A stretch of 64,000 nt of DNA, taken from positions 2,619,515-2,683,514 of the forward strand of contig CP170648.1 in the NCBI GenBank assembly GCA_042919575.1, given 5' to 3'. Shown here in pieces: positions 1 through 8,798 of this stretch; position 1 is the stretch's first letter, and each line of letters starts with the position of its first letter. The notes beneath the pieces were generated by a model. That model was given only the letters and a program-made list of their open reading frames with translations. It was not told the DNA's origin and ran no database searches. Source of the stretch: Stenomitos frigidus ULC029. GTDB taxonomy: Bacteria > Cyanobacteriota > Cyanobacteriia > Leptolyngbyales > Leptolyngbyaceae. A program made the translations under genes and the position numbers.

Positions 1-203
1 CGGACGGGAACCGCTAAACGAGGTTCTGTCGCTAATTTGCTAGACAACGAATTGGAGGACATTCTCCTAGTGGTTCGTTCCACCGAGCCTGCGCGTCATG
101 GCTGGGAAGATCAATTTCGCTTGCTGGCACAAGGCGACGAGCCATCCCTTGACACCACAACGGCACTCCTTACCACCTGGGACGAGTGGGAGTGGGAGTC
201 ATG
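1..203 (+). CDS. 3' end of a CDS running in from upstream; unknown product (ends ...TTWDEWEWES*)
   Basis: Open frame from position 1 to a TGA at 201-203. Absent from the ORF track because it is incomplete. Confidence 0.3.
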
Positions 204-209
204 AATGAA

Positions 210-437
210 TTACATTGATTCAAACTGACCTGTAAAGCCATCCAGCGTCAGGCACTCGTCCTGAAACGACTCTGCATCGCTGACATCTTCGACTTCAAAG
301 GTCATAATCCGTCGTTCATCATCTTTCATCTTTTTAGTAGCAAGCGGTTTGACCCCGTACTTCTTCACGATCGCGTTAAACGCCGTTGCATACTTCTGCC
401 AACTCTCAGCCGAACAGTAAATCGTCACAAGCCACAT
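210..437 (-). CDS. small DUF1330-like alpha/beta-barrel protein
   Basis: 75 aa. Order and spacing of MWLVTIY...KKYG...ERRIMTFEVED fit the DUF1330 pattern. Confidence 0.4.
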   Translation of the reverse strand: MWLVTIYCSAESWQKYATAFNAIVKKYGVKPLATKKMKDDERRIMTFEVEDVSDAESFQDECLTLDGFTGQFESM

Positions 438-473
438 TTTGGTTCATTTTTGGGGTGTAGTAGTGATGATAGG

Positions 474-605
474 CGATCGACTGACCCACATCCCATCTGC
501 ACCCATCTACACACCGCAATTAATTGACGCAAGCTCGATCGTTTAAGCTTCTGTAGGCTCTCTTGCGTTGAAGGCAGACGAAGCAAAAACGCCTTAAAGC
601 GATCG
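474..605. repeat. 132-nt dispersed repeat, copy A, bounded by HIP1 sites
   Basis: About 91% identical to 3135-3267. Core ...ctgacccacatcc...taattgacgcaagctcgatcgtt...gcttctgtaggctctcttgcgttgaaggcagacgaagc... Confidence 0.7.
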
Positions 606-638
606 CTCGTTTACCGCTCTTTAGAAATCTACAATGGC

Positions 639-663
639 GCTGTTATCGTTACAGGAAGCGCGA
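639..663. repeat. 25-nt perfect direct repeat (gctgttatcgttacaggaagcgcga), left copy
   Basis: Identical 25-mer at 1388-1412. The two copies flank the antitoxin/PIN cassette. Confidence 0.8.
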
Positions 664-756
664 TCGTCGTCTCACTCCACACTCAAATTCCCCATTACCA
701 TAGACTCAACTGAACTTTTTCTGACCGTACTGAAATAAGGCAGCGCTAAAGAGAAA

Positions 757-987
757 ATGACTACAGAGACAGAGATTCTACAAACCATCGCCCAAATGCC
801 AGAGCCTCTTAAGCAAGAACTCCTGCACTATGCAAAAGCGCTGCTTGAAAGCCATTCAACGCCTGATGCTCTAGCTATGCAAGCGGAAGAACCTGCGAAG
901 CGAGGCGGGCTTGGCATCTGGAAAGGAAAAATTTGGGTTGCGGATGACTTTGATGCGCCGCTAGAAGATTTTAAGGACTATATGTAA
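757..987 (+). CDS. type II antitoxin (DUF2281-like), partner of the PIN toxin
   Basis: 76 aa. Stop overlaps the start of the downstream PIN gene (TAATG). Typical vapB-like position. Confidence 0.6.
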   Translation: MTTETEILQTIAQMPEPLKQELLHYAKALLESHSTPDALAMQAEEPAKRGGLGIWKGKIWVADDFDAPLEDFKDYM

Positions 988-1373
988 TGGATGTGCTGTT
1001 AGATACCCATGCTTTTCTCTGGTATTTTCAAGACAGCGAACAATTAAGCGCTGAAGCAGCAGAGATCCTTGAAGATACGAGTAATACGCTCTTTTTGAGT
1101 ATCGCCAGTTTATGGGAGCTTGCAATTAAAGTTGGCTTAGGAAAACTTGAACTCCAGAAGCCGTTTCATGAACTGCAAGAAGTTTTGCATCAGCTTGCGA
1201 TTCAGATTCTTCCCATTACCTTTGCTGACACAGAATGTTATCTCGATCTGCCGCTTCACCATCGAGATCCATTTGACCGGATGCTGATTGCACAGGCTAT
1301 GACTCACTCGTTGGTTATCATCAGTCAAGATAAACAGTTTGATGCGTACGCAACTAAACGAGTATGGGCTTAA
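987..1373 (+). CDS. vapC: PIN-domain ribonuclease toxin (VapC family)
   Basis: 128 aa. Starts DVLLDTHAFLWY (first catalytic Asp), with acidic residues at PIN positions. Translationally coupled to the antitoxin. Confidence 0.75.
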   Translation: MDVLLDTHAFLWYFQDSEQLSAEAAEILEDTSNTLFLSIASLWELAIKVGLGKLELQKPFHELQEVLHQLAIQILPITFADTECYLDLPLHHRDPFDRMLIAQAMTHSLVIISQDKQFDAYATKRVWA

Positions 1374-1387
1374 AGTAAAGCGATCGT

Positions 1388-1412
1388 GCTGTTATCGTTA
1401 CAGGAAGCGCGA
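1388..1412. repeat. 25-nt perfect direct repeat, right copy
   Basis: Identical to 639-663. Confidence 0.8.
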
Positions 1413-1519
1413 GCGCCGCATCATCCCGCCAACCTAAATCCAAGATAATCGTTTGCGAAAGCCGCCTTAAGTTGAATGTATCCATAGGCGATCGATGTCC
1501 CTAATATGACTGCGGCAGC

Positions 1520-3130
1520 ATGCTCAAAAAGATAAACGCTTCAGCATTGGTCGATCGCCTACAGTCTTTGCGTCCTTCCAAGCAGACAATGCTTTCTGGT
1601 TTGAGACGGAGCTTAATCGTTCCCATCATTTTAGTTGGCGTATATGTGGTGTTTCCGCTGCTTCGGGATGGGATTCCTTTGAGTCCACAGCAGCGAGTCG
1701 AACCGCTGAAACAACGCATCAATGACTTAGATAAACAAATCAAAGTGTCGCCTACAGCGACAGATCTCAAAGAGATTGCCACGCTAGAAAAAGGTCGCAT
1801 TGATTCTGAAAACACCATTCGAACGAGCTTGTTTCAAGCAGTGGGCGGATTGCTAGTATTTGTCACACTCTACATTTCCTGGTTGACACTCAAAGCAAAT
1901 GAAGCGAAGCAAGTTGCAGAGCGCTTTAGCAAGGCGGTAGAACAACTAGGAAGCGACAACATTCATGTACGCTTGGGCGGCATTTTTATGCTGGAACAAG
2001 TTGCGAAGGATGCAGAAGAAAAGTATTACTGGCAGGTGATGGAAACGCTGACTTCGTATGTAAGAGTGCGATCGCCCTATCCAACAAAAGCTACTAAAAC
2101 GCATTCATCTTTTGTGCAGGCTGCGATCAAATCAACCCAAACCAGCGAACCTCAAACTAGTGAAGCCATTCTACCGCTGTCAGCCGATATCCAAGCCGTG
2201 ATGACCGTCCTCGCTCGACGCAAGCACACTTACGGGCAGCGACTTGAACCTCATCGACTCGATTTACACGGAGTCGATTTGCACCAATTGCGACTTTCTC
2301 CGCCAGCCCAGTTATACGGGGTTGATCTTTCAGGAGCCAATTTACAGGGCGCACAACTGGATGGAGTAATCCTGCAAGCAGCAGTCTTTGAGGGAGCAGT
2401 TCTGCAAAAGGCTTTTCTCAACAAAGCAAATTTGTATGAAGCGAATTTCAACAGAGCGAATCTTCAAGAGGCACGACTTCAGTACGCTGACTTACGACGG
2501 AGTTCCTTGGAAGCAGCAAATTTTAAGCACGTACTGCTTGATAGTGCCGATTTACGGGGTTCATCTTCTAATGGAGTCAAGTCACGTATACAAGAACAAC
2601 TGAGCCTATTTGGAGCATATTTAAACGGAGCAAATCTACAGAGTGCATATCTTCCTAGAGCTAACTTTCAAAGAGCTTGGCTAGTTGGCGCTAACTTGAA
2701 AGATGCATTCTTGGGTGGAGCAATTCTGGAGCAAGCCATTCTTGATAATGCTGACCTTAGTGGAGCAGACCTTACTAGCGTGAAGCTACAAAACAGCTCT
2801 CTCTGGACAGCAAATTTACAAGCGGTAAATCTGAGGAGCGCGAATCTGGAAGGAGCACTTCTCAGAGAAACAAATCTGCGAGGTACTAAATTTAGAGAAA
2901 TTGATCCGCAACAGTCATCTCTGATTGGAGTACGAAACGCAGTTGGTTTAACTTGGGAACAACTCGACGAAGCCGCTCTCAAAGGTGAAGGAGCGATCTT
3001 GCCAGATTATCTGCCTCCACGATCGCAACAGCCTCCTACAGAAACGGCTCGATCGCCACATTCAAAGGAAATACTTACCGCTACTCTCAACGCAATTAGG
3101 GTCTTAGCAGCGAGTTACAAGAGCGAATAA
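1520..3130 (+). CDS. membrane-anchored pentapeptide-repeat protein
   Basis: 536 aa. N-terminal hydrophobic helices, then a long run of A(D/N)Lxx pentapeptides (ANLQGAQLDG...). Confidence 0.8.
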   Translation: MLKKINASALVDRLQSLRPSKQTMLSGLRRSLIVPIILVGVYVVFPLLRDGIPLSPQQRVEPLKQRINDLDKQIKVSPTATDLKEIATLEKGRIDSENTIRTSLFQAVGGLLVFVTLYISWLTLKANEAKQVAERFSKAVEQLGSDNIHVRLGGIFMLEQVAKDAEEKYYWQVMETLTSYVRVRSPYPTKATKTHSSFVQAAIKSTQTSEPQTSEAILPLSADIQAVMTVLARRKHTYGQRLEPHRLDLHGVDLHQLRLSPPAQLYGVDLSGANLQGAQLDGVILQAAVFEGAVLQKAFLNKANLYEANFNRANLQEARLQYADLRRSSLEAANFKHVLLDSADLRGSSSNGVKSRIQEQLSLFGAYLNGANLQSAYLPRANFQRAWLVGANLKDAFLGGAILEQAILDNADLSGADLTSVKLQNSSLWTANLQAVNLRSANLEGALLRETNLRGTKFREIDPQQSSLIGVRNAVGLTWEQLDEAALKGEGAILPDYLPPRSQQPPTETARSPHSKEILTATLNAIRVLAASYKSE

Positions 3131-3134
3131 GGTA

Positions 3135-3267
3135 GCGATCGACTGACCCACATCCGATCCGCACCGATCCACACACTGCAAGTAATTGACGCAAGCTCGA
3201 TCGTTCAGGCTTCTGTAGGCTCTCTTGCGTTGAAGGCAGACGAAGCGAAAACGTCCTAAGGCGATCG
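3135..3267. repeat. 132-nt dispersed repeat, copy A'
   Basis: About 91% identical to 474-605. Confidence 0.7.
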
Positions 3268-3285
3268 CGGTGCTGATTCAACGTT

Positions 3286-3474
3286 TCAGGTTTGTCTATC
3301 TTGTGACAAGCGTTTCACTTGACCCGATGATAAGGCTCGTTGCAGCATCGTCAGCGCTGTAATGTCGCGTAGATTGCAGTTGCCATCAAAGTACTGACAC
3401 AATGCCTGCTCCGCTTCAGCCGTTAGATAACCACGACCGATCGCCTTTTGCACAACCTGATTGACCGGACTCAT
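3286..3474 (-). CDS. small hypothetical protein (62 aa)
   Basis: ORF divergent from mutS2. No recognisable motif. Confidence 0.3.
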   Translation of the reverse strand: MSPVNQVVQKAIGRGYLTAEAEQALCQYFDGNCNLRDITALTMLQRALSSGQVKRLSQDRQT

Positions 3475-3731
3475 GATGCTTCCTTTTGCTAATCTTCATG
3501 AACCTAGTATGAAGGTCGCCCTCAGCAAGCAGTGTGACCGTTAAACCGTGTAACGTGTGATGCGCTGGAACGCAATGAGTGACGGCAACGCGATCGCAGC
3601 GTGACCAAAATGGAAGCGATCGGTGATCTCACACACACAGCCAGCGATCGTCCCCACCCTCTTTTACTAACGTTCGTGTCGCAGTGCCTAAGAACTCCCT
3701 AAAATGAAGAGAGTAATCCCCTTGACGCAAT

Positions 3732-6377
3732 TTGATCCAAGCTGAAACCCTTGAACTTTTGGACTGGTCGCGGCTTTGCCAGCACCTCTCGACCTTTGCC
3801 GCTACCAAGTTAGGCGCGATCGCGGCTCGTCGTCTCCGTATCCCCGACACACAAGCAGAAACGCTAACCCTGCTGGCACAAACGCAGGAAGTGTATGCGC
3901 TTGAAAATCGTCTCAGCACCGGGCTAAAGTTTGACGGCATTACCGACATTGGCGAGTCATTAGAACGGGCAGAACGCCGGGCATTGCTGTCGGGCGAAGA
4001 ACTGCTAGCGATCGCGACCACACTCGCTGGTATGCGTCAGCTCCGGCGCGTCATCGACAACCAACCCGATCTCTTGGTGCTAAACGCGCTGATGCAAGAC
4101 CTGCGAACCTATCCAGAGTTGGAGCAAGAAATTCATCGCTGCATTGACGATCGTGGGCAAGTTGCCGATCGTGCGACACCCAAGTTGACAGGCATTCGAG
4201 AGCAGCAAAAACAATTGCGCGATCGCGTTTACAGCACCTTACAAAGTATCTTGCAGCGCAAAGCAAACGCGGTGCAGGAAAGCTTGATCACCCAGCGGGA
4301 AGGACGCTTTGTCATCCCCGTTAAAGCACCGCAAAAAGACGCGATTCCGGGCATTGTCCACGACACTTCTATGAGCGGTGCAACGCTTTACATCGAGCCA
4401 CAAGCCACCGTCAACTTAAACAATCAACTACGCCAGCTTCAGCGCCAGGAACAGGCGGAAGAAGAAGCCGTGCGTCAAGCGCTGACTGATCAGGTCGCCG
4501 TCGTGAAGCCTGATTTAGAGAGACTGCTGGCGATCGCGACGACCCTTGACCTCGCCACAGCCCGCGCTCGTTACAGTTTGTGGCTAGAAGCAAATCCGCC
4601 CCGATTTGTCACCAGGAACCCGGAGAGTGCGTCTGTCACACCCGAATCGATCGTCCTTCGCAATCTGCGGCATCCGCTCCTCATCTGGCAGCAGCAGCAT
4701 GAGCAGGGTCGCCCCGTCGTGCCGATCGATCTCGTCATCCAGCCACACATTCGCGTCGTTGCGATTACTGGACCCAACACTGGCGGCAAAACCGTTACCC
4801 TCAAAACCCTTGGTCTCGCTGTACTGATGGCAAAGGTCGGGCTATATGTGCCTGCCCGCGAACCCGTTGAGTTGCCCTGGTTCGACCAGGTGCTGGCAGA
4901 CATTGGTGATGAGCAGTCCCTAGAGCAAAGCCTGTCTACCTTTTCAGGACACATCCGGCGGATTAGTCGCATTTTGGCAGCGTTGGAGGAGAGGGGAGAG
5001 GAGAGAGGAGAGAGGGGTGAAAAGGAAGAAAGAGTAGAGGGAGCAGAGGAGGCGATGGGGACATGGGGGGATGATGAGCAAGACCGAACCGCAACTCAAA
5101 ACTTAGAACTCAAAACTCAAAACTCAAAACTCAAAACTCCTCTACCCCACTCCCTCGTCCTTCTCGACGAAGTTGGCGCTGGCACCGATCCCTCTGAAGG
5201 CAGTGCGTTGGCGATCGCCCTACTGAACCACTTGGCTGATCATGCAGGCTTGACTATTGCAACGACTCACTTTGGGGAACTCAAAGCGCTGAAATATCAG
5301 GACGATCGGTTTGAGAATGCCTCTGTCGAGTTTGATGATGTGTTGCTATCGCCTACCTATCGTCTGCTGTGGGGCATTCCAGGACGATCGAATGCGTTGA
5401 CGATCGCTCGTCGGTTGGGGTTGGATGCAGACGTGGTGGAGCAAGCGCAAACTCTGGTCGGTGGTGCTTCAGAAGATGTGAATCAGGTGATTGCTGGTCT
5501 CGAAGCCCAGCGTCGTCGCCAAGAAACCAAGTCCCAGGAGGCAGCACAGCTCTTAGAAAGTGCTGAACGTCTCCATCGCGAACTGTCTCGGAAAGCGGTG
5601 TCACTGAAGGAGCGAGAGCAGTCCTTACAGCAGGCGCAAGAACAGGCAGTCCAAGCAGCGATCGCTCAGGCAAAGAGTGAAATTGCCCAGGTCATCCGTC
5701 AGCTACAGCAGGGACCCATCTCCGCACAAGCGGCACAGCAGGCAACCGATTCACTGCATCAGCTTGCCGAGAATCGTCTGCCCTCACGCCAACCCAAACC
5801 GCCCAAGCCAGGGTTTCGTCCTCAGGTGGGCGATCGCGTTCGCATTCCGCGTCTCGGTCAAACGGCTGAAGTGCTAACAGCTCCCAACGATGATGAGGAA
5901 ATTACCGTTCGCTTTGGGCTAATGAAAATGACCGTGCCGATCGACGACGTGGAATCGTTAGATGGGGAAAAAGCGGTTAAAAAGCAGTCAGCAGTCAGCA
6001 GTCAGCCAGCAGCAGTGAGCGGTCAGGGCGCAGGCATCAGAAGTCAGGAGCCACTCAAAACTCAAAACTTAAGCCTTAAACCTTCAAACGCGCCGCCTGA
6101 TACTCAAAACCCCACTTCCGATACCCCTATCATCCGCACGTCTCACAATACGATCGACATTCGGGGCAGCCGCGTTGCCGATGCCGAGCCGATGATGGAG
6201 CAGGCGATCGCCCAGGCGTATGAGAGTGGCGTGCTATGGATTATTCACGGGCATGGGACGGGCAAATTGCGTCAAGGCGTACATGCTTTCTTGCAACACC
6301 ATCCTCAAGTCGAACGGTATGCATTGGCAAGCCGTGCGGATGGCGGTGCAGGTGTAACGTTGGCTTACCTGCATTAA
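3732..6377 (+). CDS. mutS2: endonuclease MutS2 (MutS domain plus C-terminal Smr domain), TTG start
   Basis: 881 aa. Walker A GPNTGGKT, then LLDEVGAGTDP. C-terminal Smr motif IHGHGTGKLR. Carries an in-frame low-complexity insertion at about 4984-5145. Confidence 0.9.
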   Translation: MIQAETLELLDWSRLCQHLSTFAATKLGAIAARRLRIPDTQAETLTLLAQTQEVYALENRLSTGLKFDGITDIGESLERAERRALLSGEELLAIATTLAGMRQLRRVIDNQPDLLVLNALMQDLRTYPELEQEIHRCIDDRGQVADRATPKLTGIREQQKQLRDRVYSTLQSILQRKANAVQESLITQREGRFVIPVKAPQKDAIPGIVHDTSMSGATLYIEPQATVNLNNQLRQLQRQEQAEEEAVRQALTDQVAVVKPDLERLLAIATTLDLATARARYSLWLEANPPRFVTRNPESASVTPESIVLRNLRHPLLIWQQQHEQGRPVVPIDLVIQPHIRVVAITGPNTGGKTVTLKTLGLAVLMAKVGLYVPAREPVELPWFDQVLADIGDEQSLEQSLSTFSGHIRRISRILAALEERGEERGERGEKEERVEGAEEAMGTWGDDEQDRTATQNLELKTQNSKLKTPLPHSLVLLDEVGAGTDPSEGSALAIALLNHLADHAGLTIATTHFGELKALKYQDDRFENASVEFDDVLLSPTYRLLWGIPGRSNALTIARRLGLDADVVEQAQTLVGGASEDVNQVIAGLEAQRRRQETKSQEAAQLLESAERLHRELSRKAVSLKEREQSLQQAQEQAVQAAIAQAKSEIAQVIRQLQQGPISAQAAQQATDSLHQLAENRLPSRQPKPPKPGFRPQVGDRVRIPRLGQTAEVLTAPNDDEEITVRFGLMKMTVPIDDVESLDGEKAVKKQSAVSSQPAAVSGQGAGIRSQEPLKTQNLSLKPSNAPPDTQNPTSDTPIIRTSHNTIDIRGSRVADAEPMMEQAIAQAYESGVLWIIHGHGTGKLRQGVHAFLQHHPQVERYALASRADGGAGVTLAYLH
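4984..5145 (+). repeat. in-frame composite repeat inside mutS2: GA-rich tract then (AACTCAAAAC/AAAACTC) x about 5
   Basis: gaggagaggggagaggagagaggagagagg... then aactcaaaacttagaactcaaaactcaaaactcaaaactcaaaactcc. Encodes EERGEERGERGE...LKTQNSKLKT between Walker A and Walker B. Confidence 0.8.
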
Positions 6378-6429
6378 TTAGTAAGCCTAAACAAGTAAGG
6401 ATGCGTTGTTGTGATAGACAACGTACTAG

Positions 6430-7479
6430 TTAACAATGCGGTGGTTCTTCATAAAATTCTTTGAGGGTGACTTGCCAGTATCCTGAAGAGGGCGGTTGGT
6501 TACTGGAGACACTCAACAAAGTCCTGTACATAGCGAATTGACCAGTTTGGTGCTCGTGAACAGCAATAGAAGCCGTCTGCAACTCAGTCGTTCCAGAGTT
6601 TCTCCCACCATAAAATTGCGCCTCAACCGCTTGCCAATCCGGCCAATGATAAGCCTTTCTGTGCTCGCTACGATCGTCCTCAATGCGTTGGAGTCGCTCG
6701 TCGTGCGCCTTTCTACGCTCGCTGCGATCGTCCTTAAGATGTTGGGGTAGCTCATCACGAAAAACCTTGCCGCCGCGATCGTCCTCAATAAGCTGGCGTG
6801 GCTTATCGTGTTCATTAAGAGAATGACTTTTCAGGGCGTTGCGTAACGCGTCGGGGAGCCTAGGAATGATCTCAGCTGCCATTGGTTGATCTGGGGGATG
6901 TCCAGGGAAAGGGTATGGGGGACGTAGAGTGCACTGGTAAAGGATCGTGACTGCTCCACTGATGAGACTGACCTCATACGCTGCTGCATCCGTGTCGGGG
7001 TAATGAGGAACCCATATCCCTAAATTTGGCGGTGGAGGACAGTATCTTGAATAGATTCGCAAAGTTTGCTGAGACAGGTCACACAGAGTATGAGTCGTTC
7101 CACCTGGTAGCCACAGCGGTTGCGATCGCATCAGCAGTTGACCGTCTGTCGTCGCATAGGCGGCAATGGCATCACCTTGGATTGCCCACAAAATATGGTC
7201 GCTGACGCGTAAGGGATAGGCATTGTCTTTCGATTCCCACTCAATCGCACCCGACGCGATCGAGCGGCATACGAGCTTGCCCTCAATGGAGCAGTAAAAC
7301 AAGCTGGATTCGGGCAAGTCAACGGCAAGCGGAGGCGGTAAAGCCTGGGTAACTGCGGCTCTAGGAGCAGGGTCAAGCAAGGTAGTTGGTGGTGGTGGCA
7401 GATCTTTAACCACAGGTTGTTTGCCTCCAAGTTGGAGTCTGTCGATCGCGCTTCGCCAACGGTTCAACCATTTCCACAT
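6430..7479 (-). CDS. hypothetical protein with Pro-rich N-terminus and DDRSE(H/R)RKA repeats
   Basis: 349-aa ORF. Flanked by a 15-nt direct repeat (gtaaggatgcgttgt) at 6396-6410 and 7498-7512. Confidence 0.5.
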   Translation of the reverse strand: MWKWLNRWRSAIDRLQLGGKQPVVKDLPPPPTTLLDPAPRAAVTQALPPPLAVDLPESSLFYCSIEGKLVCRSIASGAIEWESKDNAYPLRVSDHILWAIQGDAIAAYATTDGQLLMRSQPLWLPGGTTHTLCDLSQQTLRIYSRYCPPPPNLGIWVPHYPDTDAAAYEVSLISGAVTILYQCTLRPPYPFPGHPPDQPMAAEIIPRLPDALRNALKSHSLNEHDKPRQLIEDDRGGKVFRDELPQHLKDDRSERRKAHDERLQRIEDDRSEHRKAYHWPDWQAVEAQFYGGRNSGTTELQTASIAVHEHQTGQFAMYRTLLSVSSNQPPSSGYWQVTLKEFYEEPPHC

Positions 7480-7751
7480 CTGGTAGTTCTCAACACGTAA
7501 GGATGCGTTGTAGTAGCGAAAGTATTAAGTTGCTCCAAGCCGATATTCTAGCTTTTGGGCAAACGATCGCAGCTTCTCTTCCAGCCATAACATTCGTTGT
7601 CACAGTATGGATCTGCTGTCCAGGGAGCTTTTGACAATATGATCTGCTTGACAAGCAGCTTACGGTGGTAGAGCCAGCGACAGTCAATATCACGTTGTCT
7701 CAGCCATCCTCACAGCTTTAGGGCTAATCGTTAGGCGATCGAATCCCTGCA

Positions 7752-8798
7752 CTAACCGCTAAAGTGCTGAAAACCTCGCTCCAGGGTTAGCGGTTGATCG
7801 GGTCGCGTTCCGGTTGCATCCACTAGCCAAACCGCTGGGTTTTCGGTGATCGTGCCAACGATCGCTGCGCCACGACCCAACTGTCGCACCAATGTCTGCG
7901 CCCTTGCCAACGGCAAACACAGGATCAACTCAAAATCTTCACCGCCATACAGTGCCCACTCCAGCGCTTGTTCTGTGCCCACCCATGGCTGCAACGCGGA
8001 CGGCAGTGGAATCTGACTCCGCTCAATGCTTGCGCCCACCTCGCTAGCCCGACCGATCTGCACGATCGCGTCAGCTAGTCCGTCGCTGCTGTCCATGCCT
8101 GCGATCGTCAGTGGCAATTGCGCGTCACCTGTTGCCCAAAGCAGATTAATAACATCCAATCGAGGCTTGGGGCGCTGATGTGCTTGGATTAGGGTTGCAC
8201 GATCGCGCTCACTTAACGATCGTCCCAATTCAGGATGCAGCAACAATTCCAATCCTGCCTTTGAAGCTCCGTGGATACCTGTTGCGACGATCGCGTCTCC
8301 TGGTTGAGCGGTCGAGCGGCGAATCAGATGGTTGGGTACGGCTTCTCCAAAGGCAGTAATGGCGATGGAAAGCACGGGCGATCGACAGAGATCACCACCC
8401 ACGATCGGCGTTTCGTACTGGTTCAAGCACTCCGTTAGCCCGCGATACAGCCCTTCCACCCAAAGCACCGGAGTGTCTCCAGGCAGTCCTAGACCGACTG
8501 TAATGCCTAAGGGCGTTGCTCCCATTGCTGCCAGATCAGAAAGATTTGCCGCTGCCGCTCTCCACCCTGCATCTGCCGCCGAGGTCGTCCGATCGCTAAA
8601 ATGCACGCCATCAATTAAAACATCTGTAGTAATGACCAACGATCGCCCCGGATGGGTGGTCAATACCGCTGCATCGTCTCCCACAAAGTCGGGTGGACAA
8701 AACGACTGCACCAGCTTGAGTAGACCTTGTTCACCGATTTCTTGAACGTTCAAGGCTGTCTTATTGAGTTTTATTCCAGTGTTCAGCACCACAAGCAA
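7752..8798 (-). CDS. thiL: thiamine-monophosphate kinase
   Basis: AIR-synthase-related fold motifs (GDDAAVL...ITTDVLIDGVHF...GGDL). True start likely downstream of the ORF-track start, which overlaps the upstream gene. Confidence 0.75.
   Translation of the reverse strand: MLVVLNTGIKLNKTALNVQEIGEQGLLKLVQSFCPPDFVGDDAAVLTTHPGRSLVITTDVLIDGVHFSDRTTSAADAGWRAAAANLSDLAAMGATPLGITVGLGLPGDTPVLWVEGLYRGLTECLNQYETPIVGGDLCRSPVLSIAITAFGEAVPNHLIRRSTAQPGDAIVATGIHGASKAGLELLLHPELGRSLSERDRATLIQAHQRPKPRLDVINLLWATGDAQLPLTIAGMDSSDGLADAIVQIGRASEVGASIERSQIPLPSALQPWVGTEQALEWALYGGEDFELILCLPLARAQTLVRQLGRGAAIVGTITENPAVWLVDATGTRPDQPLTLERGFQHFSG

Noticed and set aside
7735-7752. tRNA-like T-arm string ggcgatcgaatccc
   Set aside because: Position 54 would be A rather than the invariant T. 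No acceptor or anticodon stems can be built. It is just a HIP1-like site.
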